A DNA stretch of 64,000 nucleotides from Deferribacteraceae bacterium UBA6799 (GTDB lineage Bacteria; Chrysiogenota; Deferribacteres; Deferribacterales; Geovibrionaceae), in contig DKFJ01000007.1 of NCBI GenBank assembly GCA_002452335.1, positions 66,571 to 130,570 of the forward strand. Reading direction: 5' to 3'. This document shows, piece after piece, positions 20,364 to 30,006 of this stretch. Numbering within the stretch: the first letter of the stretch is position 1; the number at the start of each line of letters is the position of its first letter. Both the position numbers and the translations under genes were made by a program. The notes under the pieces were generated by a model that worked only from the letters and a program-made list of their open reading frames with translations, searched no databases and was not told the origin of the DNA.

Positions 20364-21131
20364 TTATGTATATATTTTTGAGCGCTCTTTGACAACTGTT
20401 TTAATAGGCAGCATGATATCCGGTCTGTTTGTCGTCAGGGCGTCTATACCCAGATTACCGAAAAATTCGGCGTCATCCGTGTCGTCCACTGTCCACACGT
20501 TCATCAGCATGCCCTTCAGCCTTTTCCTCATATGTTCGCAGTGCACTCTGTCCGCCTTGGTCGAAAAACCGTCCAGACCAGCGCCCAGCACCATCTCCAC
20601 AGCTCTGTCATACGGCGAGCCTTTCAGGTTGAATCCGAACTCGCCTATCCACAGGGCTCTGTATTCACGAAGATTCGCCTTTATATGCTTTATGGTCTCA
20701 TACCCGAAACCGAAGATTATTATATTGTCCCTCAGGCGCTCATAATCTCTGAGCAGGGTGATAAGAGGCAGAGTTATCTCTTTTCCGCATTTGATCTCTA
20801 TGTATATCTGACGGTCGGGGGGAAGGATATCCAGCACCTCAGACAGTCTGGGTATGCGCTCGCCGGTGAATTTTTCATCTTTCCAGCTTCCGGCATCCAG
20901 AGAAGCTATTCTGCTGTATAGAGTTTTGCTGACATCACATGCCTGTCTGCATGTTCTTCTGGTATTTTTATCATGGAGAGCGACTATCTCGCCGTCCAGA
21001 GTCATGCGGACATCCAGCTCTATGCCGTCAGCCCCCTGAGACAGAGCCAGAGAAAAAGCAGAAAGTGTGTTCTCGGGAGCGGTGTATGACGCTCCTCTGT
21101 GGGCGATTATAAGCATGAGGATAAAATACAC
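20364..21131 (-). CDS. glycerophosphodiester phosphodiesterase
   Basis: IIAHRGASYTAPENTLSAF...GADGIELDVRMTLDGEIVALHD are GDPD-family motifs. The start may instead be at 21116 (MLIIAHRG). Confidence 0.85.
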   Translation of the reverse strand: MYFILMLIIAHRGASYTAPENTLSAFSLALSQGADGIELDVRMTLDGEIVALHDKNTRRTCRQACDVSKTLYSRIASLDAGSWKDEKFTGERIPRLSEVLDILPPDRQIYIEIKCGKEITLPLITLLRDYERLRDNIIIFGFGYETIKHIKANLREYRALWIGEFGFNLKGSPYDRAVEMVLGAGLDGFSTKADRVHCEHMRKRLKGMLMNVWTVDDTDDAEFFGNLGIDALTTNRPDIMLPIKTVVKERSKIYT

Positions 21132-21215
21132 CGGAAAAGCAAAAAAAGAAGTAAAAGAAATGATATATAGTATAAAATTTAACTTCAGGAAGCAGTTTTC
21201 GGAGTGAATCGTATT

Positions 21216-21248
21216 AATTAGAAAGGGCGGGATTAACCCGCCCTGTCT
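21216..21248 (-). terminator. terminator after the Gly-rich PepSY gene
   Basis: gggcggg-attaa-cccgccc. Confidence 0.45.
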
Positions 21249-21256
21249 GAAGATAC

Positions 21257-21697
21257 TTACTGCTGTGCCAGAAAAGGTCCCATCACGTTGCCCCAGGGGT
21301 TTACTCTGAGGAAGAATGAGTTGCCTGCGGCGTCTTTCACAACGAAGTTGTACATTGTGAATCTCGGTCCCTGAAATTCTTCTGTTTTATCGATTTTATA
21401 GCCTTTCAGGTTCTGTGCTATGTAATCCTGAACTTTCTTAACTGCCTCGTCTTTTGTCACGGGCTTAACAGCGTTCTGCTGCTGGTTGTAAGCGGGACAG
21501 TTGGGGTTGGCTCCGGGACCGTATCCCATTCCTCTGCCTTTGCCCATTCCGGGTCCGTATCCGTATCCGGGGCAGTTGCCGCCCATTCCGTATCCGGGTC
21601 CCATTCCTCTGCCCTGTCCCATGCCGTATCCGCCGTAAGCGAATGCCATTGAAGCTGTCAGAATTAAAGCAAGTGTGATAATTGATGTGCGTCTCAT
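21257..21697 (-). CDS. secreted Gly/Met/Tyr-rich protein with a C-terminal PepSY-like domain
   Basis: Signal peptide MRRTSIITLALILTASMAFA, low-complexity GYGMGQGRGMGPGYGMGG region and a PepSY-like C-terminus (KDEAVKKVQDYI...YNFVVKDAAGNSFFLRVNPWGNV). RBS ggagga lies before the ATG at 21697. Confidence 0.6.
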   Translation of the reverse strand: MRRTSIITLALILTASMAFAYGGYGMGQGRGMGPGYGMGGNCPGYGYGPGMGKGRGMGYGPGANPNCPAYNQQQNAVKPVTKDEAVKKVQDYIAQNLKGYKIDKTEEFQGPRFTMYNFVVKDAAGNSFFLRVNPWGNVMGPFLAQQ

Positions 21698-21932
21698 TGT
21701 ATTTTCCTCCGATTGAGTTATTGTCTGCATGCAATTATATAAACAATAGCCGTGCCACAATGCCAATCAGGCGCTAATATATTAATAAATAAGAATTTAC
21801 ACTTCAACCTGTCATCATGACAACCGGCAAAGGCTTCACACCTGTGTGCAATTATTTCTCACAATCATAATTAAAGTTGAATTTATTTTTACATCATGAC
21901 TAAAATATAATAATTATTGATACAGGCAAATT

Positions 21933-23768
21933 ATGAAAAACAAACTTATTGTATTCTTTCTTATTTTTTTAGTTTTAGAGACAGTGCTCTACTATGCCGC
22001 TGAAAGAGTCAGAGATATCGCCGTCAATAACAATTACAGTTCAGAGCTGAACTCAGTCAGTCAGGCATATGAAGCCAGCATTACCACATCCAGAAATATT
22101 TCAGATGTGCTCTTTAATGTCATGATCAACAATGAAGAGATTCTGAGCCGGTTCGCCATGGCAGAGAAAGCAGACGAACAGGAACGGAATAATATAAGAA
22201 AATCCATGCAGATAAAACTTCAGAACCTGTACGAGCAGGAGAAACGCATAGGTCTGAAACAGCTTCACTTTCACCTGAGAGACTGCAGCAGTTTTCTGAG
22301 GATGCATGAGCCGGAGCGGCACGGGGATTCTCTTCTGGGCGTCAGATACGGCGTGGAGATAGCGAATAAAACCCAGAAATTCACTGAAGGTTTTGAAGAG
22401 GGGCGTGTTTATAACGGATTCAGATTCGTCTATCCGCTCTTCTATCAGATGAAACACATCGGCAGTGTGGAGATGGGGATATCGTCCGATTTCATAGTCA
22501 GAAATATGGACACACTGGATAAAGGCATACATGATTTCATAATAAAAAGATCAGTGGTGGACGATGTTGTTTTTCCATCCGAGCAGTATCACTACAGCTC
22601 ATCCGGCATATCAGACAGCTATCTCAGAGAAAATATCAGCTACGCCACTCTGGCGGATACCAGAGGCATCTTCGACAACACTGAGGAGCTCTTCAACGCA
22701 TACAGACTGCTGGAGATCAGCGCAAAAGACAAGCTGACGGATTCAAAACCATTCGGTCTACATATCCATGTGAACAACAAAGAGATCAGCGCTGTTTTTC
22801 TGCCTATCTATAATATTCAGGGGCAGCATGTAGCTTTTTTCATAAAAGTATATAACGACGAAAAATACCACACTATCAATAAATTCTTTCAGCTTCTGTT
22901 TGTTACGCTCACGCTGGTTATGTTCTTTTTCCTCAGCTTCATCTATATAGTTCTGTCCAACAACCACAAATCACGCATGCTGAACGCCATGCTGGATGAA
23001 AAACTGAAAGAACACGAAGCCCAGCTGGAGATGAAGGAGCAGATGCTGTTTCAGCAGTCCAAGCTGGCCACTCTGGGAGAGATGTTCAGCGCTCTGGCGC
23101 ACCAGTGGAAACAGCCTCTTAATATTCTTGCCATGTATGTTCAGAACATGCTGGACGATGAGATGGATGAAGAGGAAACGCAGAGAGCCGAAGAGATAGT
23201 GGACAAATGCATGACACAGATAAACTACATGAGCGAAACCATAAACGATTTCATGGATTTCATCCGTCCGGCAGGCAATCTCAGCACCAGGATGGAGATG
23301 ATAAAGGCTGTGGAAGATATTCTGAAACTGCTGAATCCATCCCTTCAGAAGAAAAAGATAGATGTCTCCGTTGATACAAAAGGAAATAAAGCTGTCTATG
23401 CTTTCGGCAACAGCAACGAGATAAAACATATTCTGGTGAATATTCTGAACAACGCCAAAGACGCCATAATGGAGATAAAAGAGAAAGACCGCATGTTTGA
23501 GGGCTCTATAAAGATAGAGATAGACACCTCCGGCGGGTTCTGCTGTGTGAATATATCTGACAACGGCGGCGGCATCAGTAAAGAAATAATGTCAAAAATA
23601 TTCGAGCCTTACATCACCACCAAAAAAGATAAGGACGGTTCGGGGCTGGGACTTTACATGTGCCGTACCATAATAGAGAAGCACAACGGAACACTGAATG
23701 TGATAAATATTGAGAACGGAGCCAGGTTCGAGATAAAAATCCCTTCAGCGGACGAACAGATAAAATAA
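21933..23768 (+). CDS. sensor histidine kinase with a large periplasmic sensing domain (orphan, no adjacent response regulator)
   Basis: Two transmembrane segments, HisKA (SALAHQWKQPLN) and HATPase_c (GSGLGLYMCRTIIEKHNGTL). Confidence 0.85.
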   Translation: MKNKLIVFFLIFLVLETVLYYAAERVRDIAVNNNYSSELNSVSQAYEASITTSRNISDVLFNVMINNEEILSRFAMAEKADEQERNNIRKSMQIKLQNLYEQEKRIGLKQLHFHLRDCSSFLRMHEPERHGDSLLGVRYGVEIANKTQKFTEGFEEGRVYNGFRFVYPLFYQMKHIGSVEMGISSDFIVRNMDTLDKGIHDFIIKRSVVDDVVFPSEQYHYSSSGISDSYLRENISYATLADTRGIFDNTEELFNAYRLLEISAKDKLTDSKPFGLHIHVNNKEISAVFLPIYNIQGQHVAFFIKVYNDEKYHTINKFFQLLFVTLTLVMFFFLSFIYIVLSNNHKSRMLNAMLDEKLKEHEAQLEMKEQMLFQQSKLATLGEMFSALAHQWKQPLNILAMYVQNMLDDEMDEEETQRAEEIVDKCMTQINYMSETINDFMDFIRPAGNLSTRMEMIKAVEDILKLLNPSLQKKKIDVSVDTKGNKAVYAFGNSNEIKHILVNILNNAKDAIMEIKEKDRMFEGSIKIEIDTSGGFCCVNISDNGGGISKEIMSKIFEPYITTKKDKDGSGLGLYMCRTIIEKHNGTLNVINIENGARFEIKIPSADEQIK

Positions 23769-23797
23769 AAGATCCCCCTGACTGAGGGGGATCTTTA
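23768..23797. terminator. bidirectional terminator
   Basis: aaagatccccc-tgactga-gggggatcttt is a perfect hairpin between convergent genes. Confidence 0.75.
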
Positions 23798-23799
23798 AT

Positions 23800-25092
23800 C
23801 TATTTTCTAACCAGTTCCTCTTTTTCTCCCAGAACACCCGCAGACCACAATAGGTTGGTATACTGAACGCTGTAGTCTCTGTATGCCCTTGCCAGACGCA
23901 CCTGAGCGCTTCTGAGGTTATATTCGGCATCGTCCACCTCCAGCTTGGTCTTAACACCGAATTTAAAGCCTTTTTCGGCCATATCCAGTAGTTTAGCCGC
24001 TTCGTCCACTGTGCCTTCCGCCGCATCTATTATCTCCGCCGCTTCCTTGACACGGCTCACCGCCTGTCTGATATCCAGAGAGACCGAATCAGCGGTATTC
24101 AGCTCGTCCAGCTTGCTCCGGCGGAGGTTGCTGAAAGCCTGCGACCTTTTTCCGCTGGTCTTCAGCCCGTCAAAAAAATTAAACGACAGCGTAACCCCCA
24201 CATTCCATGTGTTCAGAGTCTTGTCATCGTCACCTTCAAGACGGGTGGAGTCATACCCGCCGCTGAGGTCCAGCCTCGGCTTGTCTCCGGCGCTGTCTAT
24301 CTTTATCATCTCTTTGTAGACATCGGTCATCAGCCTTTTGTCTTTCAGCTCAGGCCTGTTTTCCGAAGCTGTTTTTATCAGTGAGTCATAGTCCGGAGTG
24401 CTGTATATCTTCTGCTCCAGACTGCCTGCGGCATCTATTTCTCCGTCTATGCTGAGTATGAATCTCAGCCTGTCTTTAGCCGTCACCAGATCATTCTTAT
24501 AGGTTATGACATCCGGATAGGCGTTCTTCAGAGCCACTTTGGCAGAAAGAACGTCATAGTCTGTGGCCGTGCCAAGATCATATCTTTTCTTCGCTTCGTC
24601 ATAGTGACGCTCTCGCTGTCTGACATTCGATTCGGCGATCTCCAGAAGTTTCTTGGTCAGCAGGATATCTGCAAAAGCGACATTAACATCTCTCACTACC
24701 GCCTGCTGATACATTCTGAGCTGTTCATCGCCTGTTTTCAAACCTATCTGAGCCACCTTGATAGCGGCGCCCACCTGCCCCCATGTGAAGAGAGCCTGTT
24801 TCACCGTAACCCCTGCGGAATAAGAGCTGAATGTATCACTGCCCACATAGCTTCCTGTGGACTCATCCTTGTTTCTGAAAGCCTTGCCGTATAAAGAGGC
24901 GTTGGGCAGAGCCGCAGACCTCTCTTCCACATACACACCCTGAAGATAGTTTATATATTCTTTTGCGGACGCTATGCTCTTGTTCTTTTCCATGGCGATG
25001 CTGACCGCCTCGTCCAGCGTCAGTGTCCTGACACCGGCGGCAAAGAGAATACACGGCGCCAGCAGAATTATAGCTGTGAGTCTGAGTATCAT
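23800..25092 (-). CDS. TolC-family outer membrane efflux protein
   Basis: Signal peptide and a 430-aa protein with an OEP repeat pattern. The ATG at 25092 forms an ATGA overlap with the stop codon of the RND pump gene. Confidence 0.8.
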   Translation of the reverse strand: MILRLTAIILLAPCILFAAGVRTLTLDEAVSIAMEKNKSIASAKEYINYLQGVYVEERSAALPNASLYGKAFRNKDESTGSYVGSDTFSSYSAGVTVKQALFTWGQVGAAIKVAQIGLKTGDEQLRMYQQAVVRDVNVAFADILLTKKLLEIAESNVRQRERHYDEAKKRYDLGTATDYDVLSAKVALKNAYPDVITYKNDLVTAKDRLRFILSIDGEIDAAGSLEQKIYSTPDYDSLIKTASENRPELKDKRLMTDVYKEMIKIDSAGDKPRLDLSGGYDSTRLEGDDDKTLNTWNVGVTLSFNFFDGLKTSGKRSQAFSNLRRSKLDELNTADSVSLDIRQAVSRVKEAAEIIDAAEGTVDEAAKLLDMAEKGFKFGVKTKLEVDDAEYNLRSAQVRLARAYRDYSVQYTNLLWSAGVLGEKEELVRK

Positions 25093-28000
25093 GCGTGCCC
25101 TCCCCTGAATATCTTTTTCATCCATCCCGCGAAATCATCCAGAAGAGTGTAGACCACGGGAACAACCACCAGAGTCAGAATTGTGGAGGTGATCAGACCG
25201 CCCACAACAGCTCTCGCCATCGGCGCCCGCATCTCCGCTCCCGCTCCGATAGCCAGAAACAGCGGCATCATACCGAAAATCATCGCCAGCGTGGTCATCA
25301 TGATGGGACGGAATCTCGTCCGTCCTGCCGTCACCAGTGCCTCTGTGCGCTCCATTCCGCCGCGCCGCAGATGCTTTCCGTAGTCTATCAGCAGAATGGC
25401 GTTCTTCGTCACCAACCCCATCAGCATGATAAGACCGATGAGAGACATGATATTGACCGTGTCGCCTGTAAGGTGAAGCATCCCCGCCATGCCTACTATA
25501 GACAGAGGCAGAGAGAACATGATCGCCAGAGGCTCTATGAAAGACTCGAACTGAGCCGCCAGAACCAGATATACCATGATAACGGCGAGTATCAGCGCTT
25601 CCGCCATATAACCGAAGGACTCAGCCATATCCTCGCCCTCTCCCGCAAATGAGAAGGTGTATCCCGGCTCGGTCTTGATCTCCGGAATCTTCTCTTTCAC
25701 CAGATTGATAGCCGTACCGATGGGCATATTGTCCAGGTTTGCCGCCACCTCAACCTTTCTGGAGAGAGCCTGCCTGTCTATCTGTGAAGGCGAATTGTCC
25801 ACCTCATATGTCGCTATGCTTTTCAGAGGGATCAGTTCCGACTTGTTATTCTTGTTAACGGCTATCTTCAGGTTCATCACCTGATCCGCCGTCATCCTGT
25901 ATCTCTCGTCCAGACGCACACGGATGTCAACCGCGTCTCCGTCCTCCTCCTCGAATGTGGAGGCGACAGAACCGCCCAGCAGAATACTTACGGCGTTCAC
26001 CACATCCGTGGAGGTTATTCCCAGAGCGGCCGCCTTCTCTCTGTTCACTTTCAGCCTGTATTCGGGAGTGTCGTCTTCCAGAGACGCCGACACGTCCACT
26101 ATTCCTTTGATGGACTGCATTTTCATCTTCAGCTCTTCCGAATATTCTTTCAGCTTGTCCAGGTTGTCTCCTGATATGTTCACCACCAGGGGCTTGTCGG
26201 AGCTTTTCAGACCGCCCGCCTCCTCAATGGATATTTTTATCCCAGCTACTTTCGACAGTCTCTCTCTGAAGTCCTTCTGAACCTCTTCCTGAGTCCTGCC
26301 GCGTTCTTTCTTGTCCACCAGCTTCACATACAGCACGCCTTCATGCACAGTGCCGCTGTCTCCGGCGCCAATTGTGCCGTATGTATGCTCCACCTCTCTG
26401 ACATCTTTCACTGCCTCCAGCATTGCCGTCAGTCTGCTGCGGCTCTCACTGATGGATGAGTCCGGCGCAGTTTTAAAGCTGACCTGAAACTCTCCTTTGT
26501 CATACTGCTCCATGAAAGCGGACTGGAGAGTGCCGAACAGAAACAGACCTATGACGAAAGCAGCTGTTGTAATCACCACGATGGTCTTTCTGTGGTTCAG
26601 CGCCCAGCGCACAACAGATTTATAGCTGTCGCCTATATTGTCGAACATAACGTTGAACTTATGAATCAGTTTCGCCAGACCTTTTCTGTCTTTCTTGCCT
26701 ATGGACGGGTCGTGCCATCTGGAAGAAAGCATGGGGTCCAGAGTGAAGGACACCAGAAGAGATATGGCAACCGCAAAAGCGACTGTCATACCGAAAGAGA
26801 AGAAGAACCGCCCCACTATACCTTTCATGAAGGCAACAGGCACGAAAACCGCCATAACGGAAAAAGTGGTCGCCATAACCGCCTGACCTATCTCGCTTGT
26901 ACCCTCTCTGGACGCTGTCATATGGTCCTTGCCCATCTCGACGTGGCGCACGATATTCTCCCGCACAACGATAGCGTCGTCTATCAGCATACCTATCGCC
27001 AGCGACAGAGCCATCAGGGTCATTACGTTCAGGCTCATGCCCATGGCGTAGATTATTATAAATGCCGCTATAACCGAAATAGGCAGCGTAAGCCCAGTGA
27101 TAACAGTTGAGCGCCATGAATTGATAAATAAAAATACAATAAGAACAGTCAGAATACCGCCGATGATGATAGTATCCTGAACATCCGCCAGAGAGTCCCT
27201 GATCTGCTGCGATGAGTCGCGCACAACAGTTATCCTGACATCTGCCGGAAGCTCGTTCTTTATCTTGTCCACTCTCTTAATGACATCATCCACCACCTGA
27301 ACAACGTTCGCTCCGGACTGCTTCAGAACGTCCAGAGAGATCGCCGGCTTACCGTTATACAGCGAGACGGTTCTCTCCTCCTCCACGTTGTCTATGATGT
27401 TAGCCACCTCACCCAGCTTAACCGCCCGCCCGTCCAGAGACATCACGGTCAGATTTTTCAGCTGATCGGCAAAGTCGCCCTTGCCGGAGATACGCACAGA
27501 ATATTCGCCGTCGCCCCTTGTCATCCTGCCCAGAGGCGTGTTTATATTCTCCGCCTTGATACCGTTTATGACGGCGGTGGGGGTTATACCCAGACTCTCC
27601 AGCCTCAGGGGGTCTATCTCAACATTTATCTCTTTTTCCGCTGAGCCGACCATGTCCACTTTTCCAACACCCTGAACTGATTCCAGACGTTTTTTGATCA
27701 GCTTGTCCACTATGTCTGTCAGCTCTCTTTGTGACAGAGTTTCTGACTGAGCCGCTATGGATATTACCGGCATAGCGTTAAAATCCAGCTTCTGAATGAT
27801 GGGCTCTTCTATATCGTCAGGCAGATCGCCCCTGATGGCGCTGATCTTCGCCCTGACCTCCGGATTCACATCGTTTATTTTGGTTTCCAGAGTAAACTCG
27901 ATAACAACGGTGGATACGCCCTCGTTGGAATATGACATAACTTTTTTAACGCCTGCCACCGGGTTCACCGCTTCTTCTATCTTTTTACTGACCTCGGTCT

Positions 28001-28178
28001 CCACCGTCTGCGCCGAGGCGCCCGGATATTTTGTCACAACCGAGATGAACGGAATCTCCACATTGGGATATTCCTCCACAGAAAGCCTTTTGTATGAAAA
28101 AACGCCCAGAACCACCAGAGAGAGCATTATAACGGTGGCAAAAACAGGCCGTTTTATTGATAAGTCTGATAAAAACAT
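25089..28178 (-). CDS. RND multidrug efflux transporter permease (HAE1, AcrB-like)
   Basis: 1029 aa with 12 transmembrane segments and two large periplasmic loops. Starts MFLSDLSIKRPVFATVIML. Confidence 0.9.
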   Translation of the reverse strand: MFLSDLSIKRPVFATVIMLSLVVLGVFSYKRLSVEEYPNVEIPFISVVTKYPGASAQTVETEVSKKIEEAVNPVAGVKKVMSYSNEGVSTVVIEFTLETKINDVNPEVRAKISAIRGDLPDDIEEPIIQKLDFNAMPVISIAAQSETLSQRELTDIVDKLIKKRLESVQGVGKVDMVGSAEKEINVEIDPLRLESLGITPTAVINGIKAENINTPLGRMTRGDGEYSVRISGKGDFADQLKNLTVMSLDGRAVKLGEVANIIDNVEEERTVSLYNGKPAISLDVLKQSGANVVQVVDDVIKRVDKIKNELPADVRITVVRDSSQQIRDSLADVQDTIIIGGILTVLIVFLFINSWRSTVITGLTLPISVIAAFIIIYAMGMSLNVMTLMALSLAIGMLIDDAIVVRENIVRHVEMGKDHMTASREGTSEIGQAVMATTFSVMAVFVPVAFMKGIVGRFFFSFGMTVAFAVAISLLVSFTLDPMLSSRWHDPSIGKKDRKGLAKLIHKFNVMFDNIGDSYKSVVRWALNHRKTIVVITTAAFVIGLFLFGTLQSAFMEQYDKGEFQVSFKTAPDSSISESRSRLTAMLEAVKDVREVEHTYGTIGAGDSGTVHEGVLYVKLVDKKERGRTQEEVQKDFRERLSKVAGIKISIEEAGGLKSSDKPLVVNISGDNLDKLKEYSEELKMKMQSIKGIVDVSASLEDDTPEYRLKVNREKAAALGITSTDVVNAVSILLGGSVASTFEEEDGDAVDIRVRLDERYRMTADQVMNLKIAVNKNNKSELIPLKSIATYEVDNSPSQIDRQALSRKVEVAANLDNMPIGTAINLVKEKIPEIKTEPGYTFSFAGEGEDMAESFGYMAEALILAVIMVYLVLAAQFESFIEPLAIMFSLPLSIVGMAGMLHLTGDTVNIMSLIGLIMLMGLVTKNAILLIDYGKHLRRGGMERTEALVTAGRTRFRPIMMTTLAMIFGMMPLFLAIGAGAEMRAPMARAVVGGLITSTILTLVVVPVVYTLLDDFAGWMKKIFRGGHA

Positions 28179-28188
28179 CTGTCAGCCC

Positions 28189-29328
28189 CTATTTCGCTAT
28201 CTGAATTCTGCCGCCGTTCTTCACAGTGAAAGACCCTCTGAAGATGACCTGTTCGCCGTCGGTGAGTCCTGAAAGTATCTGGACGTTTCCGCCGCCGGTC
28301 CTTCCTGTTTTCACCTCTCTCATCTCGGCTATGCCGTCTTTGGCAACGTAGACCTTCGCTGTGTGAGACACTACGTCATTGCCCAGCAGAGCTGTCTGAG
28401 GGATCAGGATAGCGCTGGTGACGACACCGGTATATATCTTTGCCTTGACGAAAAAACCAGCCTTAAGCAGCCTGTCTTCGTTAGGAACAGTGATATTCAC
28501 GCTGACCGCTCTGTCTCCTGTGCTGACCTGCGGGTTTATATGCGCCACTTTTCCTGTAAAGACCCTGTCCGGATAGGCATCCACCGTGAAATCAACTCTG
28601 CTTCCCACGCTGATGCCCGATATGTCCACTGTCGGGATCTGAACGTTCAGATCATACACAGATTCATCTATAATAGTGAACAGGGCGGCACTGTTTTCTC
28701 CACCCGCCATGTCGCCCACATTAGCGTTTCTGGCAGCTATGGTTCCGTTTATCGGTGATATTATGTTTGTTCTGGATATCTTTACGTTTATCTGTTTCAG
28801 CTCTTCCTGAGCCGCCCTGATCTGCGCCTGGGCAGACACTGTCTTTGCCTCCGCCGCATCCGCCTCTGTCAGCGCGTCATCAAGCTGCTGGCTGGTGGCG
28901 AGCCCTGATTCCTTCAGGTTTTTCACCCTTGTCAGTTCTCTCTGAGCACGGGTCATGTATGTTTTCGCTTCCATGTACTGCGCCTGAGCCGTCTTCACTG
29001 ACGCTTCCGCGCGTCCGGCGGCGGCTCTCAGTTCTTCTGAGTCTATTCTGGCGAGAGGCTGACCTTTCTTCACAGCTACCCAGTCGCTGACGAAAACTTC
29101 TCTGACAACACCGGATGCCTCCGCCCTGACGTCTGCGCTGTATTTTGCCGTCAGACTGCCTGTGGCGTCCACATAGTTCTCTATCTGTTTTGTTTCCGCT
29201 GTAATCACTTCCACAGCGGTGGCATCCTGCTCCGCTGTCTCTGTCTTGTCCGTCCCCTTGTTTCTCATCACAACTGCCGCTATGAGCACCAACAGAACTA
29301 TTCCAGTAATAATTGTCGTCTTTTTCAT
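28189..29328 (-). CDS. RND efflux periplasmic adaptor (membrane fusion protein, HlyD/AcrA family)
   Basis: 379 aa with a lipoyl / coiled-coil / beta-barrel layout. Confidence 0.85.
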   Translation of the reverse strand: MKKTTIITGIVLLVLIAAVVMRNKGTDKTETAEQDATAVEVITAETKQIENYVDATGSLTAKYSADVRAEASGVVREVFVSDWVAVKKGQPLARIDSEELRAAAGRAEASVKTAQAQYMEAKTYMTRAQRELTRVKNLKESGLATSQQLDDALTEADAAEAKTVSAQAQIRAAQEELKQINVKISRTNIISPINGTIAARNANVGDMAGGENSAALFTIIDESVYDLNVQIPTVDISGISVGSRVDFTVDAYPDRVFTGKVAHINPQVSTGDRAVSVNITVPNEDRLLKAGFFVKAKIYTGVVTSAILIPQTALLGNDVVSHTAKVYVAKDGIAEMREVKTGRTGGGNVQILSGLTDGEQVIFRGSFTVKNGGRIQIAK

Positions 29329-29924
29329 CCTTCGCCTCTTTTTATGATGATTTTATCAAATAATTTACCTGTGATACGGGATACATCTTCACTGTCCATC
29401 ATACATGAGCATTTGATTATCTGAGTATCCATGCAGAAAAACAGAACAGACAGCAGAACGGTGGTAAAATCTTCTGTAACCACATCTTCCAGCTCGCCGT
29501 TCTCCACACCTTTTCTTATCATTTTGTTCAGCATCTCAGCCATGATGGCGTGATATTCCTCGAAATCGATGAACGGCGCGCCCTGCGGCGGTCCATAGAC
29601 CATGGCGTATATCAGTCGGGCATATTTCAGCCTGGCTGCATGGAGATTCATTATGTCTCTGAACATGTTATTGATCTGAATATAGACGTCCTTCTCCACA
29701 TTCTCATATTTTTTCAGGAGTATTTTGAAATCAGTTAAAGCCTGAGCCATCAGCTCTGAGTAGATGCCCTCTTTGTTTTTGAAATAGTAATAGAGCATAG
29801 GCTTGGTAACGCCGGCTCTGCGCACTATCTCGCTGACTGAGGCGGCGGCGTATCCTTTCTCTGTGAAGAGATCGAGCGCCGCTTCCAGAAGCCTGACTCT
29901 CGCGTCATCAGAAGTGATATTCAT
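29325..29924 (-). CDS. TetR/AcrR family transcriptional regulator of the efflux operon
   Basis: Helix-turn-helix SVSEIVRRAGVTKPMLYYYF. RBS caccctcc(rc) lies before the ATG at 29924. Confidence 0.8.
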   Translation of the reverse strand: MNITSDDARVRLLEAALDLFTEKGYAAASVSEIVRRAGVTKPMLYYYFKNKEGIYSELMAQALTDFKILLKKYENVEKDVYIQINNMFRDIMNLHAARLKYARLIYAMVYGPPQGAPFIDFEEYHAIMAEMLNKMIRKGVENGELEDVVTEDFTTVLLSVLFFCMDTQIIKCSCMMDSEDVSRITGKLFDKIIIKRGEG

Positions 29925-30006
29925 GCACCCTCCAAAAAACCTACTTATCGGTAAGTAAACCCCAAGACCGCAAAAAGTCAACAATAAATTTTATGGTTTT
30001 TTTATG

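Noticed and set aside
19953-20392. Several 60-90-aa ORFs on both strands (19953..20219, 20077..20334, 20186..20392)
   Set aside because: They fall inside the RNase P RNA gene. The region's high GC and conserved rnpB helices account for the open frames.
25095-25652. 185-aa His/Arg-rich plus-strand ORF
   Set aside because: It is antisense to the RND permease gene. Its low-complexity composition is typical of shadow ORFs in a GC-skewed coding region.
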